A DNA stretch of 45,927 bases from a virus (taxonomy: Duplodnaviria; Caudoviricetes). Positions 17,748 through 26,300 of the stretch are shown here, one piece after another. The translations under genes were made by a program, and so were the position numbers. Positions within the stretch are counted from its first letter, which is position 1. Every line of letters starts with the position of its first letter. The stretch spans positions 1-45,927 of the IMG/VR virus record IMGVR_UViG_3300037313_000414; one strand, written 5' to 3'. A model generated the notes under the pieces. It made no database searches. It saw nothing but the letters and a program-made list of their open reading frames with translations, and was not told the origin of the DNA.

Positions 17748-17906
17748 ATGAGCTATCAAGAGTTGTACCAACGTTACCGGCAGGCGAAGCAAGGCATGTT
17801 CGAAGCGAGAAACCCGGAAGAACGTCAACTGTGGCTAGAAATGTACCACTGGACTTTACAAGAAATAAGGAGCTTGAACGCGGCAAACGCTCAGCTCCCA
17901 ATGTAA
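17748..17906 (+). CDS. Small hypothetical protein (52 aa)
   Basis: RBS aaggaggt; manual translation MSYQELYQRYRQAK... Confidence 0.6.
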   Translation: MSYQELYQRYRQAKQGMFEARNPEERQLWLEMYHWTLQEIRSLNAANAQLPM

Positions 17907-17965
17907 TCCCCCGAGAAGGAAATTACTCATGTGAACATTGTACCACAGAAACGGAGGTAGTGAAT

Positions 17966-18448
17966 ATGCGATTGTACGACCTCACAGAGCAATACACGGA
18001 CCTGCGCGACCTATTGGAGCAGGATGCAGATAACGAAGCGTTACAGGCCATGCTGGACGGTATAGGCGGCAAGATCGAGGACAAGATCGACAACGTGCTG
18101 GCGATCCGCAACGAGAAACGGGCGAACGCGAAGATGTGCCGGGAGGAGGCTCAACGTCTCCTGGCACGTGCGGCGCAGGAAGAGAACCAGGCGAATCGGC
18201 TTGAGATTATGGTGGAATACACGATGCGGCGAACGGGAGTCGATAATGTCAAAACGAACCGGTTCACGGCATGGCTGCAGAACAATCCGCCCTCGGTCGA
18301 GATCGTGAACCAAGTCGAAATCCCCGAAAAGTATTGGAAGCCGGTTGATGCAGTACTCGATAAGAAAGCCATTAAAGAAGCGATCGACGCTGGGGAATCC
18401 GTTCCCGGCGTTACGCTGAAACAAAGCGAATCGCTTCGGGTGAGGTGA
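17966..18448 (+). CDS. Siphovirus gp157-family protein
   Basis: MRLYDLTEQY...QNNPPSVEI...IPEKY...LDKKAIKEAI..GE.VPGV.L...ESLRVR. Confidence 0.88.
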   Translation: MRLYDLTEQYTDLRDLLEQDADNEALQAMLDGIGGKIEDKIDNVLAIRNEKRANAKMCREEAQRLLARAAQEENQANRLEIMVEYTMRRTGVDNVKTNRFTAWLQNNPPSVEIVNQVEIPEKYWKPVDAVLDKKAIKEAIDAGESVPGVTLKQSESLRVR

Positions 18449-18453
18449 TAAGC

Positions 18454-19221
18454 ATGGATTCTGCTGAAATCATGAAGCGATTGCAGGAGCCATTCCCACC
18501 GGAAGATATCGAGTGGCGTGTAGGCTCTACGAACGGCGACAAGACCAAGGGCATCGCGCTGGCATACGTCACGAATCGGGCCATTATGAACCGCCTGGAC
18601 ACCATATTCGGCCCGTTCGGATGGAAAAACGAATTCCGTGAATGGAAAGGAACCAGCCAACTGTGCGGCATATCGATCAAGGTCGAAGGTGAATGGATCA
18701 CTAAATGGGACGGAGCTGACGACAGCCAAACGGAGGCGGTCAAAGGCGGGTTGTCTGATGCGATGAAGCGCGCCGGTTATCAATGGGGAATCGGGCGGTA
18801 CCTGTACAATCTCGAAAACATGTGGGTGCCGATCGAACCGGCAGGAAAGTCATATCGGCTGAGAGAGGAACCGAGACTGCCGCACTGGGCACTCCCGGAA
18901 GGTTACGAGTACAAAGGCAAACAGCCTGCATCGACTCCACCGCCGCAAGCGGCTGAATCCAATGCACCGGAAGAGGACAAGAAGCAGACGAGCGGACAAA
19001 CGGGAACAACGCCTCCTAAGTCGGAGGGGAACGGAGTCCCGATGTCAGACGCGCAGCGCAAATACATCTACAAGATCAAGAGCGAGAAGAAGATAAACGA
19101 CGATGATTTCAAGCGCATTGTATCGGAGTTGGCGGACGGGAAAACGGAAGTATCAAACCTCAACAAGATGGAAGCAAGTAAGGTTATCAATTTCCTCGCC
19201 AGTTACCAAGTCGCATCGTGA
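18454..19221 (+). CDS. Rad52/Rad22-like single-strand annealing protein (Sak type)
   Basis: LQEPFPPEDIEWRV, AYVTNRAIMNRLD, KGGLSDAMKRA..WGIGRYLY. Confidence 0.9.
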   Translation: MDSAEIMKRLQEPFPPEDIEWRVGSTNGDKTKGIALAYVTNRAIMNRLDTIFGPFGWKNEFREWKGTSQLCGISIKVEGEWITKWDGADDSQTEAVKGGLSDAMKRAGYQWGIGRYLYNLENMWVPIEPAGKSYRLREEPRLPHWALPEGYEYKGKQPASTPPPQAAESNAPEEDKKQTSGQTGTTPPKSEGNGVPMSDAQRKYIYKIKSEKKINDDDFKRIVSELADGKTEVSNLNKMEASKVINFLASYQVAS

Positions 19222-19229
19222 GGTGACCT

Positions 19230-19667
19230 ATGGGCATCGGACAAAAGAAACAAAAGCCCGAATATACCGCCTGTACCTGTAAACGGTGTGGCAAGGTAAC
19301 GGAACGTCGCACAATTGCTCTAACAAGCCTCTCTAAGCACTTCTGCGGCCCTTTATGTGTTCGGGAGTATCAACACAGCCGGAAGGTGTCCAAAGCCCGT
19401 ACAGCGCGTTTTAAGCCGTCTGCGAGGCAACGTGGTGCGATCAGTCCGAAGGTGCGGAAACAGTTACGGGAACGGTCAAATGGACAGTGTGAGCGGTGTG
19501 GTGGTGTCGCCGCACATGCGGCCCATATCAAGAGACGATGGAAGCATGAGGTACCGCCTACGGTGGAGGATTTACTTCACCTTTGCATTACGTGTCATGC
19601 CTGGGCGGATCAGACGCGGGACGGTAGGGATTGGCTCAAAAGCTTTGAAAAGCCACAGATCGTTTAG
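19230..19667 (+). CDS. HNH endonuclease
   Basis: CERCG...AHI......LLHLCITCH. Confidence 0.8.
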   Translation: MGIGQKKQKPEYTACTCKRCGKVTERRTIALTSLSKHFCGPLCVREYQHSRKVSKARTARFKPSARQRGAISPKVRKQLRERSNGQCERCGGVAAHAAHIKRRWKHEVPPTVEDLLHLCITCHAWADQTRDGRDWLKSFEKPQIV

Positions 19668-19696
19668 CGGCTCACGCTGATTCGGTCGAATCGAAG
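19665..19696 (-). repeat. Dispersed boundary site
   Basis: Plus strand tagcggct-cacgctg-attcggtcgaatcgaag. Confidence 0.82.
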
Positions 19697-19724
19697 AAAA
19701 ATCAAATGCTAAGGAGCAAATACA

Positions 19725-20015
19725 ATGCCATTTTACAAGATTTATTTCGGATTAGGTGGAGGTTACGGCGGCGCTCGTTACGACAGTACAGAAGAGTTTG
19801 ACAACGAAGAAGAGGCCGAAGAATACGCATATGAACGAGCTTGCGAAACATTCGAGTCATACAACGGTTTATACGGCCTGCAAACGGTCGAGGAGATCAT
19901 GAAAGAGGAAGGCGTAGACGAAGAATACGCGGAAGAAATGTGGAACGAACAGCGTGATAACTGGGTTGATTATCGGGTTAAACTGGCAACCGGCCCCGAT
20001 GATACAGACGATTAA
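19725..20015 (+). CDS. Acidic hypothetical protein bracketed by inverted boundary sites
   Basis: RBS aaggag; very Glu/Asp-rich. Confidence 0.75.
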   Translation: MPFYKIYFGLGGGYGGARYDSTEEFDNEEEAEEYAYERACETFESYNGLYGLQTVEEIMKEEGVDEEYAEEMWNEQRDNWVDYRVKLATGPDDTDD

Positions 20016-20016
20016 C

Positions 20017-20070
20017 AGGCCGAACGGCCTCCGTATCGACCGAACCACACAGCGATAGCGGAGGCCGTAC
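20017..20070 (+). repeat. Dispersed boundary site
   Basis: aggcc-gaac-ggcct-ccgtatcgaccgaac-cacacagcgatagcgga-ggccgtac. Confidence 0.85.
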
Positions 20071-20096
20071 CCCTGATTTAGAAAGGAGCATATCCC

Positions 20097-20729
20097 ATGA
20101 ATGAACTTAAACGAGAAATAGAAGAAGCATTAGCGAAAGCAGCGGTTAGACCTGACGGAATCATAATCAAAGAAGAATCTAAGTATTTTCCATTGCATTG
20201 GTACTTCGAAAAAGGGAACGAAGAATTGCGTGACAATTGCCTTTATTGGCTCCGTCAACTCCTAGACGAGAACCAACGACAAGAGGTAGAATGCGAACTT
20301 TTAACGGCGCAAAAGATGCATTTAATAGACGAGAACCAAGATTTAATGCGGCGTTTAGTTCGTTTAAGTAAAGTTTTATCTCCTTCGGCTTCCGAACTCC
20401 AAGCACTTCGAGACGAGAACCAAGCACTACACAAAGAACGTGATTTTTACAAAGAAGATCGGGACCGTTGCGAGCGTTTGGAACGCAAAGCATACGAACA
20501 ACTTGAAGCACAAGCGAAGGAAATTGAACTACTGAAACAACGTCTGCTTCTGCCGGAAGGTGTTTATCTTGGATACGAAAATTTAAACGCTGAACTTCAA
20601 GCACTACGAGAAAGAGAAGTACGATACCGGGAAGCATTGGAATGGTATGAACACCCCAAATGGGACGACAAAGGCGAACGCGCCCGTAACGCACTCATAG
20701 GAAACCAAGAAGAAGGGATGCGCGGATAA
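20097..20729 (+). CDS. Coiled-coil protein with internal DENQ repeats
   Basis: RBS aaaggag; heptad pattern; C-terminal YREALEWY..ARNAL. Confidence 0.7.
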   Translation: MNELKREIEEALAKAAVRPDGIIIKEESKYFPLHWYFEKGNEELRDNCLYWLRQLLDENQRQEVECELLTAQKMHLIDENQDLMRRLVRLSKVLSPSASELQALRDENQALHKERDFYKEDRDRCERLERKAYEQLEAQAKEIELLKQRLLLPEGVYLGYENLNAELQALREREVRYREALEWYEHPKWDDKGERARNALIGNQEEGMRG

Positions 20730-20731
20730 AA

Positions 20732-20980
20732 ATGCCGGAACTTAATAGGTGGGCAGAGATAAAGAAAACTCGGAAAGATCATAACTGTTTCGGTTGTCGC
20801 TCCGTAATACCAGCAGGATCGAAAGCGCACTATTACGCTGGTGTGTTTGAAGGCGAATTTTCAGCTAATCATTACTGTGAGCCGTGCTTCGATTTCCTTG
20901 ATAAGCATCCTGACTACTTTGAGGAAGGTATCTTTTGCGGCGAAGTAGCTTACGCGAGGGAACATGAAGAAGGGATATAA
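20732..20980 (+). CDS. Zn-binding hypothetical protein
   Basis: KTRKDHNCFGC...YCEPC. Confidence 0.7.
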   Translation: MPELNRWAEIKKTRKDHNCFGCRSVIPAGSKAHYYAGVFEGEFSANHYCEPCFDFLDKHPDYFEEGIFCGEVAYAREHEEGI

Positions 20981-20987
20981 CCCCCTT

Positions 20988-21028
20988 ATCCTGCTTGGGT
21001 ATTGCGGTCGACTCGATGGCGCAAGCGC
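20988..21028 (-). repeat. Dispersed boundary site
   Basis: Plus strand tgggtattgcggtcgactcgatggcgcaagcgc; near-inverse of the 24501 copy. Confidence 0.75.
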
Positions 21029-21056
21029 AAAAAACAAAAGAATAGGCGGTGCTCAC

Positions 21057-21209
21057 ATGGATGATCTTTGTCATATGTGCGACGGAAGCGGTAAAGACAG
21101 TGACGCTGTAGCTGCAGCCTCGTATCCAGACCACTGCACCAATTGCGGAGGCACTGGAATAGAACCTGAAGTTGCTGACGAAGAAGACGAAGAAGACGAA
21201 ACATTATGA
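21057..21209 (+). CDS. Small DnaJ-type CxxCxGxG Zn-finger protein (50 aa)
   Basis: CHMCDGSG...CTNCGGTG, acidic tail. Confidence 0.65.
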   Translation: MDDLCHMCDGSGKDSDAVAAASYPDHCTNCGGTGIEPEVADEEDEEDETL

Positions 21210-21226
21210 ATAGGTGGTGTTCATGA

Positions 21227-21427
21227 GTGGATTGTTGCCATCATTGCGGTTCCGATGAAGGATATTACACAAAGATGCAAGTTAGCGGACGAATTACAAC
21301 TAGATTTAAATTCGACGGTAGCGAGGCGGAAAACGGCGATATGTATGAGTACCTGAAATATAAAGGCGGCAAGTATGCTTACTGCTTAAACTGCAACAAG
21401 CAAATATTCCGCATGGAAACAAAATGA
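21227..21427 (+). CDS. Small Zn-ribbon protein
   Basis: CHHCGS...YCLNCNK. Confidence 0.7.
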   Translation: MDCCHHCGSDEGYYTKMQVSGRITTRFKFDGSEAENGDMYEYLKYKGGKYAYCLNCNKQIFRMETK

Positions 21428-21440
21428 ATAGGCGGTGTTC

Positions 21441-21626
21441 ATGGTGAAGTGTTCTGACTGCCAGCACGCGAGGAAACGGAGCATTCCGAGGAATGGTAAC
21501 AGTGCATCAGCTGGAATCCGTTTCTCCGAACACGTTTACGAGTGCCGGCATCCCAACGTAAGGCATACGGTGCATAGTTTGGGTTTTACGGGGAAGACGA
21601 GCCCAAGCAATTGCCCGCTAAAGTAA
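21441..21626 (+). CDS. Small Cys-rich protein
   Basis: KCSDCQH...C.HP...CPLK; RBS aggcggtg. Confidence 0.65.
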   Translation: MVKCSDCQHARKRSIPRNGNSASAGIRFSEHVYECRHPNVRHTVHSLGFTGKTSPSNCPLK

Positions 21627-21664
21627 TTCGATGAATATCGAGGAACTTGAGGAGGGGAAATTCT

Positions 21665-21826
21665 ATGTTTAAAGCTAAGCATTCATCTGGTGTGGTCTAC
21701 AAGATATACGCCGTGCAGCAACTTGAAGACGGTTTAACGCAGTTTTTGATTTATCACGAAGGTGCACGCAATTGGCTTTGGTGGTCTGCGCTGGACTTCG
21801 ATCCATACGAACAGGATGAATATTGA
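21665..21826 (+). CDS. Small hypothetical protein (53 aa)
   Basis: Manual translation MFKAKHSSGVVYKIYAV...; RBS gaggagg. Confidence 0.6.
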   Translation: MFKAKHSSGVVYKIYAVQQLEDGLTQFLIYHEGARNWLWWSALDFDPYEQDEY

Positions 21827-21995
21827 GGAACATAGGAGGGCATCCAGCATGAATGAAACCGGACGAATGATGAGATACCGTCCTACCTTTACGGGAACGA
21901 TGGATTTTCATGTTGATTCGCTATCATGCTAGACGATGTAGTCATGGTGTTCAGAATTGGCATTTTTATCGGATTAAAAGACTTCAAAACCGCTT

Positions 21996-22040
21996 ATACG
22001 GCCTGCGCTGATTCGGTCGATTCGATGGCGGCATAGCCGC
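21996..22040 (-). repeat. Dispersed boundary site
   Basis: Plus strand atacggcc-tgcgctg-attcggtcgattcgatg-gcggc-ata-gccgc. Confidence 0.9.
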
Positions 22041-22064
22041 AAAACCAGAGGAGGAGAAGCAAAA

Positions 22065-22388
22065 ATGTCTATCGATAAAATCACAGTTGTAGGCGGTTCG
22101 CTCCGTGCTACATTCCTAACCAACAAACTGACGGAGCAAGATTACGCAATTGGTAAAGCATACGCCTGGTTAAGCATGTTAAAAGACAGACAACAACCGC
22201 GCAAATGGATGAGGCCGTCTGCTAAAGGAACAAACATCAATTTCGACATCATTATGAATAAGGAACAACTGGAACAAGCACAAGACGAACTGGAACTTTA
22301 TTTAAAACAGGTTAACCGCCAATTCGGTACAGACCTTGAACTAACTCACCACAAGCCGCAGGCCAACGAATCGACCGAATCCGCATAA
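22065..22388 (+). CDS. Hypothetical protein bracketed by inverted boundary sites
   Basis: RBS gaggagg; ORF reads into the downstream site. Confidence 0.72.
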   Translation: MSIDKITVVGGSLRATFLTNKLTEQDYAIGKAYAWLSMLKDRQQPRKWMRPSAKGTNINFDIIMNKEQLEQAQDELELYLKQVNRQFGTDLELTHHKPQANESTESA

Positions 22389-22396
22389 GCCGGATA
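22355..22396 (+). repeat. Dispersed boundary site
   Basis: gcc-gca-ggc-caacgaatcgaccgaat-ccgcata-agccggat. Confidence 0.82.
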
Positions 22397-22484
22397 AAAC
22401 CCATCCAAAGAGAACAGGAGAGGAATCACTTCTTCTCCTGCTCCTGAAAGGTACAAAAAATGATGTAGAGGGAGGGAGAAGGGG

Positions 22485-22940
22485 ATGGCAAAGGATTGGG
22501 ATGACTTTAAGCAAGTGTACAGGAAAAGGCAGCAGGAGTTTACTGAGTGGAGATTCAAACGGCTTGAGGAAAAGGTAAGCTCACCCATCGAACGTATCAT
22601 GCTAATAGCTCTTACGGATGAGTTTGAACAGTGGGAGCCAAGGATGACAATCGAATACCAAAAGAAAATCGATAAGTACATCGTTGATTTTCTTTTAACC
22701 TACGATTCCAGCGAGAACGGAATAGTCAAAATCATCGTAGAGTGCGACGGTCATGACTTCCACGAACGCACCAAGGAACAGGCTGCGCACGATAAGAAAC
22801 GTGATCGATATTTTAACGAGCGAGGATATATCGTTCTCAGGTATACCGGAAGCGAAATTGTAAGGGATCCGTTCAATTTAACTGACACCATATACGGAAT
22901 CATGGTTCGTAAAGATGGGGTGTTGAACGATGGCTCGTAA
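22485..22940 (+). CDS. DUF559/Vsr-like PD-(D/E)xK endonuclease
   Basis: YIVDFL..IIVECDGHDFH..DKKRDRY...GYIVLRYTGSEI. Confidence 0.85.
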   Translation: MAKDWDDFKQVYRKRQQEFTEWRFKRLEEKVSSPIERIMLIALTDEFEQWEPRMTIEYQKKIDKYIVDFLLTYDSSENGIVKIIVECDGHDFHERTKEQAAHDKKRDRYFNERGYIVLRYTGSEIVRDPFNLTDTIYGIMVRKDGVLNDGS

Positions 22941-23880
22941 AGTCTTCGTATCAAGCGCAATGTCAGCAGATGAGACGTTAAGCGAAATAGCCGAAACTGA
23001 GCCTATGGCTGCTATAATGTGGCCGTGGTTACTTACCTACTTTGACGATTGGGGGCGTGCGAAAGCATCCCCGCGTGAAATCAAAAACAGTGTATTCCAG
23101 GCTAATCCTATTATAACGATCGATCTCATCAAAAAGGCATTGCAATTATATCATCCGCATCTTATTCAGCTTTACGAAGTGGAAGGCAAATGGTACATGT
23201 GCATCCCTTCGGATAAATGGTTCAAGTTTCAGACGCATATCAGAAGTAGCAAGCGGGAAACGGATGCAAGTAAAATACCGGCTCCCCCCGACTTCGAACC
23301 TGATAACGATAATAGCGCGCAAATGCGCGAGATTGCGCGAGGTGTCGCGGAGGTTGCAACAAGTGCGCGTGATTACACACCTTCACCTTCACCTTCTCTT
23401 TCACCTTCACCTTCAAATTATTCTCCTCCTTCTCGTATACGCGAGAATCCGTTCGGACTTTTCGAAACTCACAAATTCGGAAAGTTGGATGATATTACGA
23501 GAGATACAGTCGGTGATGATATCGATATGTATAGCGAGGAATGGGTAGTACGGGCAATAAAAGAGTCGGTGCTAATCAACAAAATTTCGTGGAAGTATGT
23601 ACAAAGCATTCTCGAAAGGTGGAAGAAAACAGGGCACCCGGAGCCGTGGACGCTTGAGAAGCAACAGAAACAGCCAAAGGATAACAAAGTGACGAATTTC
23701 CCGAGGCGCAGCAATTCATACCAACAGTCGAACAAGCCAAAGCTTCCGGTTGCTCCAGCTTCATCGGGTGCCCCCATGTCGGAAGATGAAATCGAGCGGA
23801 TAAGAAACTTAGCCAGGAGAATGAAGGAGGATGGAACACAAGATGGAGACGAGACTCGATCCGCGTCCGCTATACCCTGA
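22930..23880 (+). CDS. Phage replication initiator with DnaD-like C-terminal domain
   Basis: DDWGR N-terminal motif; EWVVRAIKES...SWKYVQSILERW. Confidence 0.82.
   Translation: MARKVFVSSAMSADETLSEIAETEPMAAIMWPWLLTYFDDWGRAKASPREIKNSVFQANPIITIDLIKKALQLYHPHLIQLYEVEGKWYMCIPSDKWFKFQTHIRSSKRETDASKIPAPPDFEPDNDNSAQMREIARGVAEVATSARDYTPSPSPSLSPSPSNYSPPSRIRENPFGLFETHKFGKLDDITRDTVGDDIDMYSEEWVVRAIKESVLINKISWKYVQSILERWKKTGHPEPWTLEKQQKQPKDNKVTNFPRRSNSYQQSNKPKLPVAPASSGAPMSEDEIERIRNLARRMKEDGTQDGDETRSASAIP
23311..23432. other. Putative replication origin within the initiator gene
   Basis: GCGCG iterated at 10-bp phase (23315, 23325, 23335, variant 23345, 23365), then tandem CACCTT repeats. Confidence 0.5.
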
Positions 23881-24100
23881 CAGCGCAATGTGGGAATCGA
23901 TCCTCTCCCGCGCCTCGCCTGGACTGTACCTGAAACTATGGACGGTGCGAAGTGCTGGCGCGGTGATCGAGGACGGGAAGATCAAACCGGGACTGTTGAC
24001 TCAGGAAGAATGGGATGAAGTAGTCAGACCGCATTTAGCGCCGTATGCGAATGAAATCAAGTTTCTGTTAAAGCGATTGGACGAATTAAAAGGCGCATAA
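23831..24100 (+). CDS. Hypothetical protein
   Basis: RBS aaggagg; follows initiator. Confidence 0.65.
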   Translation: MEHKMETRLDPRPLYPDSAMWESILSRASPGLYLKLWTVRSAGAVIEDGKIKPGLLTQEEWDEVVRPHLAPYANEIKFLLKRLDELKGA

Positions 24101-24115
24101 GTGGAGGGATAACCG

Positions 24116-24508
24116 TTGTCGGATAATATCATCCAAATTGATGTGATACGTGTAGAACGGAGAAAGCCGCGTAAATGTGTATGCCAAGAACGTCACTACA
24201 CCATCGACACTGTAAACCGCGAAGTGACATGCGAATGTGGAATGGTTGTCGATCCGTTTGAAGCTATGCTCGATGTAGCCAGGCACTATGAACGGATTAA
24301 TGAACAACATCAAGCACTTGACGCACAACGCCGGGAGTGGATTAAACAAAAACCACACTCCGTTTTGTTCAAACGGCTGGAACAGCAGTACATGCGCGGT
24401 GAAATGCTCCCGTATTGTCCGAAATGCGAAAACTTGTTTGATTTCAAAGACGTGAGATGCTTTGGGAACGCCGAGTTTTATCGCAAATTGGAGAAATCAA
24501 GGCGCTAG
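24116..24508 (+). CDS. Zn-binding hypothetical protein
   Basis: CVC, CECG, CPKC; RBS ggaggg, TTG start. Confidence 0.7.
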   Translation: MSDNIIQIDVIRVERRKPRKCVCQERHYTIDTVNREVTCECGMVVDPFEAMLDVARHYERINEQHQALDAQRREWIKQKPHSVLFKRLEQQYMRGEMLPYCPKCENLFDFKDVRCFGNAEFYRKLEKSRR

Positions 24509-24542
24509 CGCCATCGGATCGACCGAAATACCCAGGCCGTAA
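24501..24542 (+). repeat. Dispersed boundary site
   Basis: ggcgc-ta-gcgcc-atcggatcgaccgaaa-taccca-ggccgtaa; upstream stop codon lies in the hairpin. Confidence 0.88.
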
Positions 24543-24618
24543 GAGGAATTAATAAAATCTTGGTTAAAGCGATTAAATGATTTAAAAGGCGCTTAAAAGC
24601 GATGGAGGAGGGGATAGG

Positions 24619-25721
24619 GTGAGAGTCGGAATACTGGACATCGACACGAAGAAAGAAACAAACGGATTCGGGCGAAAGTCCAAGTATCCGAATATCGCAT
24701 GTGGAAAAATCTACGGCTATCACAAACTAAACGGCGATGAAGTGATTTATCCGTACAACGGCGAGAAGGTAGACCGCCTTTATATATCGACTATTTTCAC
24801 GAACACCCGTCCAATGATAAAGCGGATGCTACCATATTGGGAACAACGGGCGGATGAAATCCTGATCGGAGGAACTGGATGGGATGATTACACGAAAGCG
24901 CCGTACACCATAACCGAATTACCTCCCGAGATAGCCGATATCCCGCATTATCCGTGGACATACGAAATGTATGACATCGATTATGGAATTGGATTCAGTA
25001 CAAGAGGTTGCCACGTTGGATGCGCGTTCTGCGTGGTGCCGAAAAAGGAAGGGCGCGAGGAATACCGGGAAACGCGGGTGCGGGACTTGATTAATCCGCG
25101 AGGCAAACACTTGATCCTGATGAACAACAACAGCCTAGCACATAAGGACTTTTTCGAGGATGTCGCGGAAATCAAAGAACATGGACTCAGCATCCATTGG
25201 GACCAGGCAAACGACATCACACTCGTCACACCGAAGGGATTGCCGAAGCGCTGGCCTCAGTCAACTACCGGGGATTCGACGGGAAGAAAAAGCAGTTATT
25301 CTTTGCTTTCGACCTGTTAACCCGGAAGAAGATTGATCCCGAACACGGCGGAACGGTCATATACGACATGACGAAGGAGGTGCCGGAAAAGGTAAAACTA
25401 TTGGCTGAATACGGTATACCAGCTCACCACCTGGTGTTTTACATGCTGATTGGGTTTAACACAACCGAGGAAGAAGATTTGCAACGTGTGGAGATTCTCC
25501 GATCGCTCGGCTGTGAGATTTATCCGATGTTGTTCCGTGACCTTAACGGCAGGCCTGGAGTGGACGGAAACGGTAAGCCGCAGTCATTCCATGTACGGGC
25601 TTTGCGGGACTGGATCAACAGTGGTGTTTATCGCAAGACCCCATTCAAAGATTTTGAAAGACGGACATCGCACAAGAAGAAACGAGAGTTCGAAGATATG
25701 CAGATGGCTTTCAATTTTTAG
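24619..25721 (+). pseudogene. Radical SAM protein split by a -1 frameshift near 25230-25240
   Basis: RGCHVGCAFC (CxxxCxxC) in the first ORF; protein-like continuation (FAFD, FYMLIGFNTT..EDLQRV) in ORF 25197..25721. Confidence 0.75.
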
Positions 25722-25763
25722 CGCGAAGCGCCGTCGAATCGACCGAATCCACGCGAGCCGATA
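25721..25763 (+). repeat. Dispersed boundary site
   Basis: gcgc-gaa-gcgc-cgtcgaatcgaccgaat-ccacgcg-agccgata. Confidence 0.88.
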
Positions 25764-25794
25764 AAAAATCCCACAAAGGAGGAATAAACCCATC

Positions 25795-26199
25795 ATGACC
25801 ATAACCGAAACAGAAGCCTTTATCCTCGACTGCATCAAACAAAATATCAGCGTAGCGAACATGGTCCGAAAGCGGGGATGCGATGACAGTTGCATCACCA
25901 AAGCCATAACCAAATTGATCCGCAAGGGCATCATTGTCCGCGTGTCTACCGGAAAATACGAAATCTTGAACGACAACGTGACGGTTAGGACGAAACGGGA
26001 ACCGGTCCCGAAAACAGCGCAGGGACGGAAAGACAAACCGGATAACCTGGTTAAGCTCATGGTGGTCCCCTTAACCGAGGAACAAAAGCTATATGCAGAC
26101 GGACATAAGAAGCAAATGACCCGCAGCCAACTGGCCAAACGGTTAGGCGTACCGAAAATGCAGCTAAATTTCTACTTGGGAGGCAACGATGCCTCATGA
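25795..26199 (+). CDS. Putative winged-helix DNA-binding protein
   Basis: ITKAITKLIRKGIIVRVSTGKY; second HTH-like RSQLAKRLGV. Confidence 0.6.
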   Translation: MTITETEAFILDCIKQNISVANMVRKRGCDDSCITKAITKLIRKGIIVRVSTGKYEILNDNVTVRTKREPVPKTAQGRKDKPDNLVKLMVVPLTEEQKLYADGHKKQMTRSQLAKRLGVPKMQLNFYLGGNDAS

Positions 26200-26300
26200 A
26201 CAAGAGCAAACATGGTTTTCGTTGCTGTACCTGTTGCCACAAGCGCTATAACCGGTGCTACTTCCCATATCACAAATGCAAGGGGGTGGCAAAGACATGA
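26196..26300 (+). CDS. Tiny Cys/His-rich peptide (34 aa)
   Basis: Manual translation; ATGA-coupled on both sides. Confidence 0.45.
   Translation: MNKSKHGFRCCTCCHKRYNRCYFPYHKCKGVAKT

Noticed and set aside
21849-22011. Possible gene after a strong RBS at about 21835
   Set aside because: The frame from ATG 21849 gives only 27 aa and the alternative frame has two early stops; cannot be supported.
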